This document shows, in pieces, positions 17,388-27,575 of a DNA stretch of 64,000 nucleotides. Numbering within the stretch: the stretch's first letter is position 1; each line of letters begins with the position of its first letter. Made by a program: the position numbers and the translations under genes. The stretch comes from an uncultured bacterium (lineage in GTDB: Bacteria; Chlamydiota; Chlamydiia; Chlamydiales; SM23-39): NCBI GenBank assembly GCA_964626905.1, contig CAZVHA010000001.1:65294-129293 (forward strand). Direction: 5' to 3'. The notes under the pieces were generated by a model that made no database searches, was not told the origin of the DNA, and saw only the letters and a program-made list of their open reading frames with translations.

Positions 17388-18344
17388 TTAGTACTTTTTT
17401 TTCATCCGAGTGACAATCAATTTTTCGAGTTTGACAATGTCGCTGACGAAGTTGCGGATCCCCTCGGAGAGTTTTTCCGTCGCCATCGCATTTTCATTGA
17501 GGAGGTATCGGAAGGTTTTTTCATCGACCGGCATCCGTTCAAGGGGGCTTGCCTTTGCCTTGGTGGGATCGAGTTTGCGGGGCACAGGGTCGGATGAGTC
17601 TTTGAGCTCTTCGAGCAGTTTTGGGGCGATCGTCAACAGGTCGCACCCGGCGAGCTCTAAAATTTCCTCTTTATTGCGGAAAGAGGCTCCCATGATCTGT
17701 GTCTGAATGCCAAATTTTTTATAGTAGGCAAAAATCTGGCTTACCGATTTGACGCCCGGGTCTTCTTGTGGGGGATAGCTCTCCTTGCCTTCCGCTTTTT
17801 TATACCAGTCGAGAATCCGGCCGACAAAGGGGGAGATGAGGGTTGCCTTGGCATCTGCACACGCAACCGCCTGCACCAAGCTGAACATGAGAGTCATGTT
17901 GCAGTGAATGCCCTCTTTTTCAAGTACCCTTGCGGCGAGCACCCCTTCCCAGGTCGATGCGAGCTTGATTAAAATCCTCTTGCGATCGATTTTGGCCGAC
18001 TCGTAAAGGGAGATGAGATGGCGCGCCTTGGAGATTGATCCCTCAACGTCGAATGAGAGCCGCGCGTCGACTTCAGTCGAGACTCTTCCTGGAATGATTT
18101 TCAATATTTCAAGGCCAAAGTTGACAAATACCCGATCAAAAATCTCCCCGAGCTCATTTTTTTTCCCTTTGCCATAGGCGATCGCCTCGTCGATGAGGTG
18201 TTGGTATTCGGCCTTTTCGCTCGCCGCATAGATCAGGGAAGGGTTGGTGGTTGCATCGGTTGGTAAATAGGCCTTCAAAGTCTCAAAATCACCCGTGTCG
18301 GCCACCACAGTGGTCATCTTTTTCAATTGATCGAGTTGGCTCAT
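17388..18344 (-). CDS. tal: transaldolase
   Basis: 318 aa; '[10 protein letters not shown]', 'DATTNPSL' and 'KLASTWEG' match class I transaldolase B. Confidence 0.93.
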   Translation of the reverse strand: MSQLDQLKKMTTVVADTGDFETLKAYLPTDATTNPSLIYAASEKAEYQHLIDEAIAYGKGKKNELGEIFDRVFVNFGLEILKIIPGRVSTEVDARLSFDVEGSISKARHLISLYESAKIDRKRILIKLASTWEGVLAARVLEKEGIHCNMTLMFSLVQAVACADAKATLISPFVGRILDWYKKAEGKESYPPQEDPGVKSVSQIFAYYKKFGIQTQIMGASFRNKEEILELAGCDLLTIAPKLLEELKDSSDPVPRKLDPTKAKASPLERMPVDEKTFRYLLNENAMATEKLSEGIRNFVSDIVKLEKLIVTRMKKKY

Positions 18345-18853
18345 GGCAACGGTCCTTTGATAAAATTAAAAAAACTCCCACCTTGCGAAAATCTTCCGAA
18401 GTGAAGAGAAAACTGGCTAGGCTCTAACCTCTCCCGAAAGCCATCCACCAGGATAACGACTTCTTTTCCATCTTGCAAGGATTGAATCACCTTTTGTGTC
18501 GATTCTGAAGAGAGTTTGAGCCGCATCCGCCCCTCATAAACAGCGGCTAAATCTTCAAATATTTCATCCTCGATTTCTATGATCACTCGCGCAGTATCAG
18601 AGGTGAAGTGGAACCGATTCAGGGTGAGGAAAGCTCCAATTTCGTTTCCAAAACGGATCAAGGCAAAGTTCAAAGGGGGGTGGGATTCAGGGGAGCAAAA
18701 GGTCATTTTCGACGAGTCAAAAGAGAGATCCCCCGCCATAATGGAATCCACTTCCCAAAGAGCAGGGCCCGAACAGGCGGACAAAAATAAAACAAGAGCC
18801 AGGTCAATGAGCCTCACTTCCATTGATCTTATCGGAAGGGGAAATTTTTGCAA
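18341..18853 (-). CDS. hypothetical lipoprotein
   Basis: 170 aa with a lipobox-like 'LFLSAC' after a hydrophobic N-terminus. Its stop overlaps the tal start by 4 nt, which suggests translational coupling. Confidence 0.5.
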   Translation of the reverse strand: MQKFPLPIRSMEVRLIDLALVLFLSACSGPALWEVDSIMAGDLSFDSSKMTFCSPESHPPLNFALIRFGNEIGAFLTLNRFHFTSDTARVIIEIEDEIFEDLAAVYEGRMRLKLSSESTQKVIQSLQDGKEVVILVDGFRERLEPSQFSLHFGRFSQGGSFFNFIKGPLP

Positions 18854-18859
18854 ACTCCC

Positions 18860-19327
18860 TTACTTTTCTACGATGGAGAGCGATTGAAACGATTGGAGAA
18901 TATCGCTTTGGATTTTCACAAAATCTCCCTTAAGCGCTGCTGCTGTCAAAATGTAGGCCTTTCCTCCCTCTACAAAAAGGAGCTGCAGCATTCGGATCTC
19001 TCCCCAAGGAGAAGTGCTCGCAATTTCCAAAAGCCTCCCAGAGCCCGATTTCACTGCAAAGGGACCTAAATCGCGTAACTGGGCCGTCGGGTCCTCTTTT
19101 TGGATCTCTTTCACTGCTTTGACATACTCTTTCAGCGAAACGCCGACGCCCTCTTCTACGGACAAATTGATCGATGGGCGGAATTCCTTTTCCCCTTTGC
19201 CCAAAAATCCCAATTTTAGGTAAGGCGAAGGGTTTTTAAGTTTCGCCATTTCCCAGCCGGGAGGGGGAGTGAAAACGCACTCGTTTGCAAAACCCTGGAT
19301 GAAAAAAATGAGAAAAATAATCCGCAT
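18860..19327 (-). CDS. hypothetical exported protein
   Basis: 155 aa with a signal-like N-terminus (MRIIFLIFFIQGFA), then 'TPPPGWE'. Its start overlaps the stop of the upstream small ORF by 1 nt. Confidence 0.5.
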   Translation of the reverse strand: MRIIFLIFFIQGFANECVFTPPPGWEMAKLKNPSPYLKLGFLGKGEKEFRPSINLSVEEGVGVSLKEYVKAVKEIQKEDPTAQLRDLGPFAVKSGSGRLLEIASTSPWGEIRMLQLLFVEGGKAYILTAAALKGDFVKIQSDILQSFQSLSIVEK

Positions 19328-19548
19328 CAGTGACTTGTCGTGCTCTCACTGTTTTCGACGAGAGCACAGAATGTCGCAATTCCCACGGCAAGGCCAATCC
19401 CCCACCCCATCATCGACATGACGGTGGCATCGCGCGTCGCATACCCAGCTGCTTGACCCCTTCTGCACCGGCGTGCTGCAGCCGTCTCTTGGCTAAATCC
19501 GACACTTGCGACTCCGACACAAAGGATTGCAAAAACGACTCTCCTCAT
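19327..19548 (-). CDS. small exported Gly/Ala-rich protein, paralog 2 (73 aa)
   Basis: Signal-like N-terminus, a basic stretch (ARRCRRGQ), and a glycine-zipper-like hydrophobic segment (GWGIGLAVGIATF). It has the same length and architecture as the neighbouring ORF, and both end in 'SH'. Confidence 0.45.
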   Translation of the reverse strand: MRRVVFAILCVGVASVGFSQETAAARRCRRGQAAGYATRDATVMSMMGWGIGLAVGIATFCALVENSESTTSH

Positions 19549-19606
19549 ACCTCTTGCGTTATGTCACAACAGACAGTTTCAAACAAGCTCTAAGAGTAAC
19601 GCCTTC

Positions 19607-19828
19607 TCAGTGAGAGAAATGAGAATTGCTCCCCGTTCCGCTCCCGGCGATCACCTCAGCAATTGCCCCAACAACTGCGATTGCCCCCACTCCAATGACA
19701 CAAGCCTCTTTGGTTGAACAGGCTCCTGCACGTGCGCCCCTTCCCAAAACCGGCTTTTCTTCTGATGCAAATGCTCCTTGAGCCAAGAATAGCGCCCCAA
19801 GCACGCACCCCCCAATCCACCCTCTCAT
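19607..19828 (-). CDS. small exported Gly/Ala-rich protein, paralog 1 (73 aa)
   Basis: Signal-like N-terminus (CVLGALFLAQGAFA), then GRGARAG and a GxxxG-type segment VIGVGAIAVVGAIAEVIAG. It is the first gene of the minus-strand string that runs into tal. Confidence 0.45.
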   Translation of the reverse strand: MRGWIGGCVLGALFLAQGAFASEEKPVLGRGARAGACSTKEACVIGVGAIAVVGAIAEVIAGSGTGSNSHFSH

Positions 19829-19916
19829 AACCCACCCCCAGGTTCATCCTATCTTTTTCCCCAATTCTATTCTAATAAAACTATTTTCCCCTTGAAGGTG
19901 TTGGAAGAGGGAAAAA

Positions 19917-20486
19917 GGAGAGTATAAGACGGTCGGGCTGCTCCGCTCACGCTACGCCCCCGCACGCCCAGTGGCCCTATCTGAGACTTTGTAGACCGGG
20001 GTCGCTGAGCTCCCCCTATCGCGTCCTCGCCCTCGCCGTGCGGAGCACTGCTCTTGCGGGCTGCGGTGCGATTCTACTTTGTCTCAGCGGGCTCGGGCTA
20101 CGATGAGCGCTTCAGCTTCGCTTCCGCGTCGCATCGTAGGAGGGCCGGGCTCCGCCTCGGCCTTTTTTTGTGTGTGCCTAAAAACGATCGAGTTTAAACT
20201 GTTTTGCATTGTCCGCCAGGGCATTTTGGCCTACAAAGGGGCCGAGGCGAAGCCCGGCCCTCCCTACGATGCGACATGGAGGCGAAGCCGAAATGCTCAT
20301 CGTAGCCGATGCCCGCTGAGACAAAGTAGAATCGCACCGCAGCCCGCAAGAGCAGTGCTCCGCACGGCGAGGGCGAGGACGCGATAGGGGGAGCTCAGCG
20401 ACCCCGGTCTACAAAGTCTCAGATAGGGCCACTGGGCGTGCGGGGGCGTAGCGTGAGCGGAGCAGCCCGACCGTCTTATACTCTCC
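19917..20486. repeat. giant GC-rich inverted repeat (arms 19917-20162 and 20240-20486, 77 bp spacer)
   Basis: I checked this base by base: 19917-20092 is the exact reverse complement of 20311-20486 (176/176). The inner ~70 nt of each arm is only about 80% complementary and carries its own small hairpins. Confidence 0.95.
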
Positions 20487-20581
20487 CTTTTTTCTTTTTT
20501 CTTTGACCATTTTTATTTCACCTCCCATTAAAAAGTGGTTTCTGTATAGAATGCTGTGTTTGAGAACTTGGGGAGGCCTCG

Positions 20582-21208
20582 GTGAAAGGTTTAGAAACGG
20601 GAAAAGATAAAATCCAGAAAATTTGCGACGCCTTGAAAAAAGAAACCCTCGAGCCCGCAAAACAAGAGGCAAGGGAAATTGTCGAAAACGCCCACATGCA
20701 AGCCTCTGAAATTGTAAGCGATGCAAAAGCAAAAGCCGCATCAATCATCCGAGAGATTGAGAAAGAGATGGAAGAGAAAAAGAGGACGTTTACCTCGTCC
20801 TTGGGTCTCGCCTGTCGCCAAACGATCGAGCAGCTCAAACAGAGGATCGAAAAAGAGCTTTTCAATCAAGAGCTTGGCAAAATGGTCATCGGCGAAATGT
20901 CTCAGCCCAAAGTGATTGCGAATCTGCTCAACAGTTTCATGAAAGCGATGGAGGAAAAGGGGATCGAGGAGGATTTTGTCGCTCAAATTCCGAAGGGGAT
21001 CTCTCCGCGGGTGATCAACGACCTTTTGGCAGGGCGGATTTTGGAGCGTCTCCAGAACAAGACGGTTGTCGCTTCTGAGATTGCAGGCGGGCTGCAAATC
21101 CAACTGAAGCAAAGGCAAATTACAATCGATATTTCCGATGAGGTGGTGCGCGAGCTGATCGGACAATATATTCGGCGCGATTTAAGGGATCTTGTATTCA
21201 ACGTGTAA
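20582..21208 (+). CDS. atpE: V-type ATP synthase subunit E
   Basis: 208 aa with a GTG start, preceded by GGGGAGG. It has a charged coiled-coil N-terminus typical of V/A-ATPase subunit E and is the first gene of the operon. Confidence 0.8.
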   Translation: MKGLETGKDKIQKICDALKKETLEPAKQEAREIVENAHMQASEIVSDAKAKAASIIREIEKEMEEKKRTFTSSLGLACRQTIEQLKQRIEKELFNQELGKMVIGEMSQPKVIANLLNSFMKAMEEKGIEEDFVAQIPKGISPRVINDLLAGRILERLQNKTVVASEIAGGLQIQLKQRQITIDISDEVVRELIGQYIRRDLRDLVFNV

Positions 21209-21209
21209 G

Positions 21210-21977
21210 ATGGCAAATTACTATTTTTTAATCACTTCGTTTCCCCCTCTTGCTCTCGGAGCGAAACCCGAGTTGTCATTTAAGGAGTTGGATCAACTCC
21301 TCCTCGCAAATTTAACTGAGAGAGATCTGAAAAAATTCAATCAACTCCTCCTGCCCATCGATCTTTACAATATCCGGGCGTTTTGGCTGGGGATGCCGCT
21401 CGATGACCGAGGGCACATCAAGGCACGCGAAATTGAGGAGGAGCTTTTGGTTCAAGGGGCGCTTCCGCCATACGTGGTTGCGTTTTTGGAAAGCTACGAG
21501 TCGACCGAAGAGCGGCTGCGCAATTTTTCGTCGCTCTATGTTTCGATGTATCGAGAATTGCTTCCCCATTTGAGTGGGTTTTTGTTAAAATATTTCCAGT
21601 TTGAGAGGGAATTTCGCCTTGTTTTGACGGCTTTGAGGGCAAAAGCTGCAGGAAAAGATCTCGTTCGTGAGCTCCAATTTGAGGACCCGTCCGATCCTTT
21701 GGTGCTCGAACTTTTGGCGCAAAGGGATGCGAGCGATGTTACCCCGCCACAAGAGTACGAAGAGCTGAAAACCCTTTTTGTGAAAAACAAGGACAATCCC
21801 GAGGGGCTCAATCAAAAAATGCTCGAGTACCAATTTGAGAAAGTGGAGCTGATGGAGGAGCCGCAAGAATTTGGAATCGATCGGGTGCTTGCCTATGTCG
21901 CCCGTTTTTTATTCGTCGAACAATTGGCGTTATTGGATAAAAAACAAGGAATGGAGCAATTGAGTCATTATGAGTAA
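21210..21977 (+). CDS. conserved hypothetical of V-ATPase operon (CT309-like position, DUF2764-type)
   Basis: 255 aa from ATG 21210. It occupies the slot between subunits E and A, as in Chlamydia operons. The assignment rests on position only. Confidence 0.6.
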   Translation: MANYYFLITSFPPLALGAKPELSFKELDQLLLANLTERDLKKFNQLLLPIDLYNIRAFWLGMPLDDRGHIKAREIEEELLVQGALPPYVVAFLESYESTEERLRNFSSLYVSMYRELLPHLSGFLLKYFQFEREFRLVLTALRAKAAGKDLVRELQFEDPSDPLVLELLAQRDASDVTPPQEYEELKTLFVKNKDNPEGLNQKMLEYQFEKVELMEEPQEFGIDRVLAYVARFLFVEQLALLDKKQGMEQLSHYE

Positions 21978-23736
21978 ATATCCCCATGCAACAGGAACCG
22001 TTGTGCAGGCTTTTGGAAATTTGCTGCACGTCCGGTTTGACAATCCGATTCGCCAGGGTGAAGTGGCTGAAGTCAAAGTGATGGATGAGACCCTTTTAGC
22101 TGAGGTGATCGAGATTGCGGGCAATGAGGCCAAACTCCAAGTCTTCGAAGACACGCGGGGGATCAAACTCGGAACGCCGGTCCATTTTAAGGGACACCTT
22201 CTCGAAGCAGAGCTCGGTCCGGGGCTTCTGACGACGATTTTCGATGGCCTCCAAAACCCCTTGGAAAAGGTGGCCGAGAAGACGGGGATTTATCTGTCGC
22301 GCGGCGTCTATTTGCCGCCGCTCGATCGGAAAAAGCAGTGGGAGTTTCACCCTTTGGCCAAAACGGGCGATGTTGTCGAAAGGGGCGATCCTCTGGGTTC
22401 GGTGCAAGAGGGGCGCTTCCAACACTCCATCATGGTCCCCTTTTCGCAATATGGAAAGTTGAAGCTCACTCATGTGGCTAAAGCGGGATATTACACGATC
22501 GAATCGCCCATCGCCGTAGCGGAAAATGAGAAGGGACACGCCATTGAACTTACGATGCTGCAGCGCTTTCCCGTAAAGAGCGCGCTGATGCAAGGGAAGA
22601 AGAGCCGACCGACAAAAATGATGGGTACCGGATTGCGGATTTTGGATACCCAATTTCCGATCCTCAAAGGGGGGACTTTTTGCTCTCCAGGCCCCTTTGG
22701 CGCAGGGAAAACAGTGATGCAGCACCACCTTTCAAAATACTCCGACGTCGATATTGTCGTCATCGTCGCCTGCGGCGAGAGGGCGGGAGAGGTGGTCGAA
22801 GTTTTGCGCACCTTCCCCGAGTTGATCGATCCCCACACGAACGAGCCGCTGATGAAGCGGACCGTGATGATCTGCAACACCTCCTCGATGCCGGTTGCGG
22901 CGAGAGAAGCCTCCGTTTACATGGGTGCGACAATTGCCGAATATTATCGGCAAATGGGGCTCGATGTCCTCCTTTTGGCCGATTCGACTTCCCGCTGGGC
23001 GCAGGCGATGCGGGAGATGTCGGGAAGGCTCGAAGAGATCCCGGGGGAAGAGGCATTTCCCGCCTATCTCGCTTCGCGCATCTCCTCTTTTTATGAAAGG
23101 GCGGGAGTGGTCGACTTGAAAGATGGCAAAGTGGGCTCTCTCACGATTGGGGGGAGCGTCTCTCCTGCGGGGGGGAATTTTGAGGAACCGGTGACGCAGG
23201 CGTCGCTTTCTGCGGTGGGGGCATTTCACGGCCTCTCTCGGGCCCGCTCCGATGCGAGGCGCTATCCGGCGATCGACCCGCTCATTTCCTGGACGAAATA
23301 TCTGCCAAAGGTGGGCGAGGAGTTGAATGAGCGGATGGCCCATTGGGAGAGCAAAGTGAAGGCGGCGGCGCAAATTTTGCGCAAAGGGGACGAGATCGGA
23401 AAGAGGATGGAGGTCGTGGGCGAAGAGGGGGTGGCGATCGACGATATGATCACCTATCTCAAATCGGAGCTCTATGAGTTTTGCTATTTGCAGCAAAACG
23501 CCTTTGATAAGGAGGATTGTTATTGTCCTTTGGATAGGCAACTCGAAATGTTTGGGCTCATCCAGATGATTTTTGGGGCGACGTTCCAATTTGACGTCCA
23601 CGATGCGGCGCGGCAATTCTTTTTGAATCTGCAAAACGAGATGAAAAACATCAACTTTTTGCCCTTTCACTCGCAAAAATACAGAGACGCGGTGGATGCA
23701 GTGCAAGCAAAAATAAAAGAGAAAACAACCTTATGA
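21970..23736 (+). CDS. atpA: V-type ATP synthase catalytic subunit A
   Basis: 588 aa with Walker [10 protein letters not shown], '[10 protein letters not shown]' and 'PAYL.SR...FYERAG'. Confidence 0.96.
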   Translation: MSKYPHATGTVVQAFGNLLHVRFDNPIRQGEVAEVKVMDETLLAEVIEIAGNEAKLQVFEDTRGIKLGTPVHFKGHLLEAELGPGLLTTIFDGLQNPLEKVAEKTGIYLSRGVYLPPLDRKKQWEFHPLAKTGDVVERGDPLGSVQEGRFQHSIMVPFSQYGKLKLTHVAKAGYYTIESPIAVAENEKGHAIELTMLQRFPVKSALMQGKKSRPTKMMGTGLRILDTQFPILKGGTFCSPGPFGAGKTVMQHHLSKYSDVDIVVIVACGERAGEVVEVLRTFPELIDPHTNEPLMKRTVMICNTSSMPVAAREASVYMGATIAEYYRQMGLDVLLLADSTSRWAQAMREMSGRLEEIPGEEAFPAYLASRISSFYERAGVVDLKDGKVGSLTIGGSVSPAGGNFEEPVTQASLSAVGAFHGLSRARSDARRYPAIDPLISWTKYLPKVGEELNERMAHWESKVKAAAQILRKGDEIGKRMEVVGEEGVAIDDMITYLKSELYEFCYLQQNAFDKEDCYCPLDRQLEMFGLIQMIFGATFQFDVHDAARQFFLNLQNEMKNINFLPFHSQKYRDAVDAVQAKIKEKTTL

Positions 23737-25034
23737 GAAAAGTGTACGACCGAATCCTCGACTTGCGGGGGAACCTGATCACAGTGGCAGCGGAAGGGGT
23801 TTGCCTCGGCGAGATGGCCCGCGTGGAAAAGCGCAATGGGACTCTAGTCTTTGCATCGGTGCTCCGCTTTGATCAAGATCTCGTCACTCTCCAAGTGTTT
23901 GAAGATACGCGGGGGATTTCGACGGGGGATAAGGTCTCCTTTTTAAACCGGCAGATCCGGGCCACTTTTGCTGACTCTCTTTTGGGAAGAAGACTCAACG
24001 GTTCAGGGGAGCCCATCGATGGGGGACCCGATATCCTCGGCGAAGAGGTCGATATTGGAAGGCCCTCTTTCAACCCGATCCGGAGGATCATCCCGAAAGA
24101 GCAGGTGAGAACCAATATTCCGATGATCGATCTATTCAACTGCCTTGTTAAGTCGCAAAAGATTCCGATTTTTTCGATCGCGGGCGAGCCGTACAATCCG
24201 CTTCTCATGAGGATTGCGAACCAGACCGATGCCGACGTGGTGATCATCGCGGGGATGGGGCTCCGTTTCGACGACTATCAGGCGTTCATCGATAACGCAG
24301 AGGCGGCAGGCTCTATTGAAAAAACGGTGATGTTTATCCACAAAGCGACCGACCCGGCTGTCGAGTGCATTTTGGTCCCCGATATGGCTTTGGCTGTCGC
24401 CGAAAAATTTGCCCTCGAGGGGAAAGATGTGCTTGTCCTCATGACCGATATGACGGCATTTGCCGATGCGATCAAAGAGATTGCGATCACAATGGACCAG
24501 ATCCCATCGAACCGGGGCTATCCTGGTTCACTCTACTCCGATTTGGCCGCTCGCTACGAGAAGGCGGTCGACATCGAGGGGAGCGGCTCAATCACGATCA
24601 TCTCAGTGACGACGATGCCGGGAGGGGACGTGACCCACCCTATTCCCGACAATACGGGCTATATTACGGAAGGGCAGTTCTACTTGCACCAAGGCTCGAT
24701 CGACCCTTTTGGCTCTTTGTCTCGCTTGAAACAGCAGGTGATTGGAAAAGTGACGCGGGAAGATCATGGCGAACTTGCCAATACGATGATCCGCCTCTAT
24801 GCCGACTCGAAAAAAGCGCGCGAAAGACAGGGGATGGGATTTCGCCTTTCAAGGTGGGATGAAAAGCTGCTCCGCTACTCGTTCCTCTTTGAGGAGCGGA
24901 TGATGAATTTAGAGGTCAATTTACGCCTCGAAGAGGCGCTCGATCTCGGGTGGCTCACTTTAGCTGAGTGCTTTGAGCTCGAAGAGATCGGCGTTAAGAA
25001 ATCGATTTCAGATAAATACTGGCCGAAGGAGTGA
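23733..25034 (+). CDS. atpB: V-type ATP synthase subunit B
   Basis: 433 aa; ATGA overlap with atpA; 'RGYPG.LYSDLA..YE.A' and 'GSIT.....TMPGGD.THP' motifs. Confidence 0.95.
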   Translation: MRKVYDRILDLRGNLITVAAEGVCLGEMARVEKRNGTLVFASVLRFDQDLVTLQVFEDTRGISTGDKVSFLNRQIRATFADSLLGRRLNGSGEPIDGGPDILGEEVDIGRPSFNPIRRIIPKEQVRTNIPMIDLFNCLVKSQKIPIFSIAGEPYNPLLMRIANQTDADVVIIAGMGLRFDDYQAFIDNAEAAGSIEKTVMFIHKATDPAVECILVPDMALAVAEKFALEGKDVLVLMTDMTAFADAIKEIAITMDQIPSNRGYPGSLYSDLAARYEKAVDIEGSGSITIISVTTMPGGDVTHPIPDNTGYITEGQFYLHQGSIDPFGSLSRLKQQVIGKVTREDHGELANTMIRLYADSKKARERQGMGFRLSRWDEKLLRYSFLFEERMMNLEVNLRLEEALDLGWLTLAECFELEEIGVKKSISDKYWPKE

Positions 25035-25038
25035 ACGG

Positions 25039-25647
25039 GTGGTTTTGAAACTGACGAAGAATGAGCTGCGAGTGCAACAGACGCGCCTCACTCAGTTTCA
25101 GCGCTATCTTCCGACCTTGCAGCTCAAAAAAGCGATGCTGCAATTTGAGGTGAGTGTTGTCCATTCTGAGATCGAGGCTCTGAAAAAGGGGTTTGCTGCT
25201 CAATGGAGCGGAGTTGAAAAATTTGCCCCATTTCTCGTGGAGAAGGTGAGTGTCAATCTGGTGAAATACGCCGAAATTCTCTATGTCAAAAAGCATTATG
25301 AGAATGTCGCGGGTGTCGAAATCCCGATGTTCGAAAAAGTGGTTTTTAAAGAGCCCGAATATTTTCTCTTCGACACGCCCTCTTGGACCGAAAGTGCGAC
25401 CGATCAACTGAGAGAGCTCGTCACTTCGAGGGAGAAAACGGCCGTTGCGGAAGAGAAGAAGAGGGCGCTTGAAAAAGAGTTGAGGGATGTATCAATTCGG
25501 GTCAATCTCTTTGAAAAGGTGCTGATTCCGAGGGCGGAAGAAAATATCAAAAAGATCCGGATTTTTTTGGGCGATCAGCAACTGGCAGCAGTCGCACAGG
25601 CCAAGGTGGCGAAGAGAAAAATTTTAGAGAGGAAGATGGCGGTATGA
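25039..25647 (+). CDS. atpD: V-type ATP synthase subunit D
   Basis: 'LKLTKNEL..QQ.RL......LPTL.LKK' is the subunit D N-terminus. I chose GTG 25039 because AAGGAG lies 7 nt upstream; the ORF-track start at 24973 would overlap atpB by 62 nt. Confidence 0.85.
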   Translation: MVLKLTKNELRVQQTRLTQFQRYLPTLQLKKAMLQFEVSVVHSEIEALKKGFAAQWSGVEKFAPFLVEKVSVNLVKYAEILYVKKHYENVAGVEIPMFEKVVFKEPEYFLFDTPSWTESATDQLRELVTSREKTAVAEEKKRALEKELRDVSIRVNLFEKVLIPRAEENIKKIRIFLGDQQLAAVAQAKVAKRKILERKMAV

Positions 25648-27563
25648 TCATCGATCTCTACAAGTATCTCATCGTTGGGAAGAGGGGCGACATGGAGCAG
25701 TTTTTTGCCCTTGCGCAAAGGGCTGGCTTCCTGGAATTTATCGGGCTTCAAAAAAAGGCGCTGGAGATGCCGCAAGATGCGAAGAGCATTCTCTCGGCGA
25801 TTAAAATTTTAAAGGCCCACTCGGGAAAAGCGGACGGCTCCATCGAGATAGAGGTGAGCCCCCTTGCCCTTGCCGAGCAGGTGGTGCAGTGGCATGAGGA
25901 GCGGGAAAAACGGCTGGAAGAGGAGCGGATTTTAGAGGCGGAAATAGCGCGGATCCAGGCGTTTGGCAATTTTTCTAAGACTGAGCTCCTCTCTCTTGAG
26001 GAGGAGGGGAAAAGGGTTTTTCAATTTTTTTGTATGAAGAGCGATCTTGCTCGAGAGATGACTTTGCCCCACGAGGTGATCTATGTTGGGACAGAGTACG
26101 ATCTCGACTATTTTGTCTCGATCAATAAAGAGCGAGTCGAATATCCGAAAATGATCGAGATTTTGATCGATCGCCCTGTGGGAGAGCTGAAAGAGCATTT
26201 GCATTTCGTCAAGGAAAAGTCGGTGGAGTTAGAGCAGCACATTTGCGAATCGGCCAAAAATCTCCCCTATTTGCAAAAAGGGTTGTTGGAGTATCTCAAC
26301 GAATACTCTTTGAAAACGGCTCTTCGCGATGCGACGCTCCCTGAGGGGATGGCCTTTTTTGCCATTGAGGCTTGGATTCCGAAGACGAAAATTGAGGCGC
26401 TGCACGGACTTGTGAGCAGGCTCGATGTTTTTGCGGAAGCAGTGGCCATTGCAGCGGACGATCGGGTGCCCACTTATCAGGAAAATAAAGGATCTGCAAA
26501 GGTGGGAGAAGATCTCGTCCATCTCTACGACATTCCAGCGGCAAAAGACAAAGATCCTTCCCTTTGGGTGCTTGTTTTTTTCACCCTTTTTTTCGCGATG
26601 ATCATTTCAGATGCGGGCTATGGGCTGATCTTTTTGACAATTGCGCTCATTTGCAATCGAAAGTTTAAAAAGAGAGCTCCTTCTGAGCGGAGATTTGTGA
26701 AATTGATGTTCATTCTCGCAACCGCTTGCATTCTTTGGGGAGTGATGACCGCCTCCTTTTTTGGCATTGAGGTGGGGCCGCAAAGCCCTTTTCGCAAATT
26801 TTCCATTCTCGATTTTCTCGCTGAGAAAAAAGCGGAGTATCACCTGGCGACGAAGGACGATGTGTATGAAGAGTACGTCAAAGAGTTTCCGGCAATCAAA
26901 ACGGCGCAAACTCCGTCAGAATTTTTCTTAAGTGCGACCCGGGTGAGTGATGGGAACACTAACTATGTTGCGCTGGGTGATTTTACGAGGAGTATTTTGA
27001 TTGAAATAGCGCTTCTTTTTGGGATGATACACATTTGTCTTTCATTGGGGCGGTATTTGAGGCGCAATTGGGTGGCGATAGGTTGGATTCTTTTTATTGT
27101 TGGCGGCTATCTTTATTTCCCTTCTTTTTTGGATGCGACATCGATGGTGAACTTTCTTTATATTGTCCCGAAACAGATCGCCTATCCGGTGGGGAAATGG
27201 ATTCTTTTTAGTGGGTTTGGGACCGTTTTTATCATTGCTCTTTTGCAAAAGAAAAAATGGGGAGCGCTGTACGAGCTGACGAATGGGATTCAGGTATTTG
27301 CCGATGTTCTTTCTTACTTGCGTCTTTACGCGCTTGCATTGGCGGGGATGGTGATGGCATCGACGTTCAACGAGCTTGCAGTGAAGGTGGGGGTGATTGG
27401 GGGGATTTTTGTCGTTTTGTTTGGACATGTGACGAATTTGAGTTTGACGGTGATGTCGGGAGTGATTCACGGGCTCCGTCTGAATTTTTTAGAGTGGTAC
27501 CATTATAGCTTTGAGGGGGGTGGGCGCTTGTTCAATCCTCTTCGGATACGAAAGATTAAATAG
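25644..27563 (+). CDS. atpI: V-type ATP synthase subunit I (a-subunit, membrane)
   Basis: 639 aa with a soluble N-terminal half and a polytopic C-terminal half containing the conserved 'LSYLRLYAL' Arg motif. ATGA overlap with atpD. Confidence 0.92.
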   Translation: MIIDLYKYLIVGKRGDMEQFFALAQRAGFLEFIGLQKKALEMPQDAKSILSAIKILKAHSGKADGSIEIEVSPLALAEQVVQWHEEREKRLEEERILEAEIARIQAFGNFSKTELLSLEEEGKRVFQFFCMKSDLAREMTLPHEVIYVGTEYDLDYFVSINKERVEYPKMIEILIDRPVGELKEHLHFVKEKSVELEQHICESAKNLPYLQKGLLEYLNEYSLKTALRDATLPEGMAFFAIEAWIPKTKIEALHGLVSRLDVFAEAVAIAADDRVPTYQENKGSAKVGEDLVHLYDIPAAKDKDPSLWVLVFFTLFFAMIISDAGYGLIFLTIALICNRKFKKRAPSERRFVKLMFILATACILWGVMTASFFGIEVGPQSPFRKFSILDFLAEKKAEYHLATKDDVYEEYVKEFPAIKTAQTPSEFFLSATRVSDGNTNYVALGDFTRSILIEIALLFGMIHICLSLGRYLRRNWVAIGWILFIVGGYLYFPSFLDATSMVNFLYIVPKQIAYPVGKWILFSGFGTVFIIALLQKKKWGALYELTNGIQVFADVLSYLRLYALALAGMVMASTFNELAVKVGVIGGIFVVLFGHVTNLSLTVMSGVIHGLRLNFLEWYHYSFEGGGRLFNPLRIRKIK

Positions 27564-27575
27564 GAGTGGATAGTT

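Noticed and set aside
20079-20744. ORFs of 102 aa (20079-20387, +) and 111 aa (20409-20744, -) inside or across the giant inverted repeat
   Set aside because: They are by-products of the palindrome: one arm read in mirror image. They are Arg/Ala/Pro-rich as expected from GC-rich non-coding sequence. They have no RBS or recognisable motif, and the second overlaps the atpE start region.
22732-23706. 324 aa ORF antisense to atpA
   Set aside because: It lies entirely within a highly conserved V-ATPase A gene on the opposite strand. Its composition is dominated by R/H/P/L, typical of antisense frames. No motifs.
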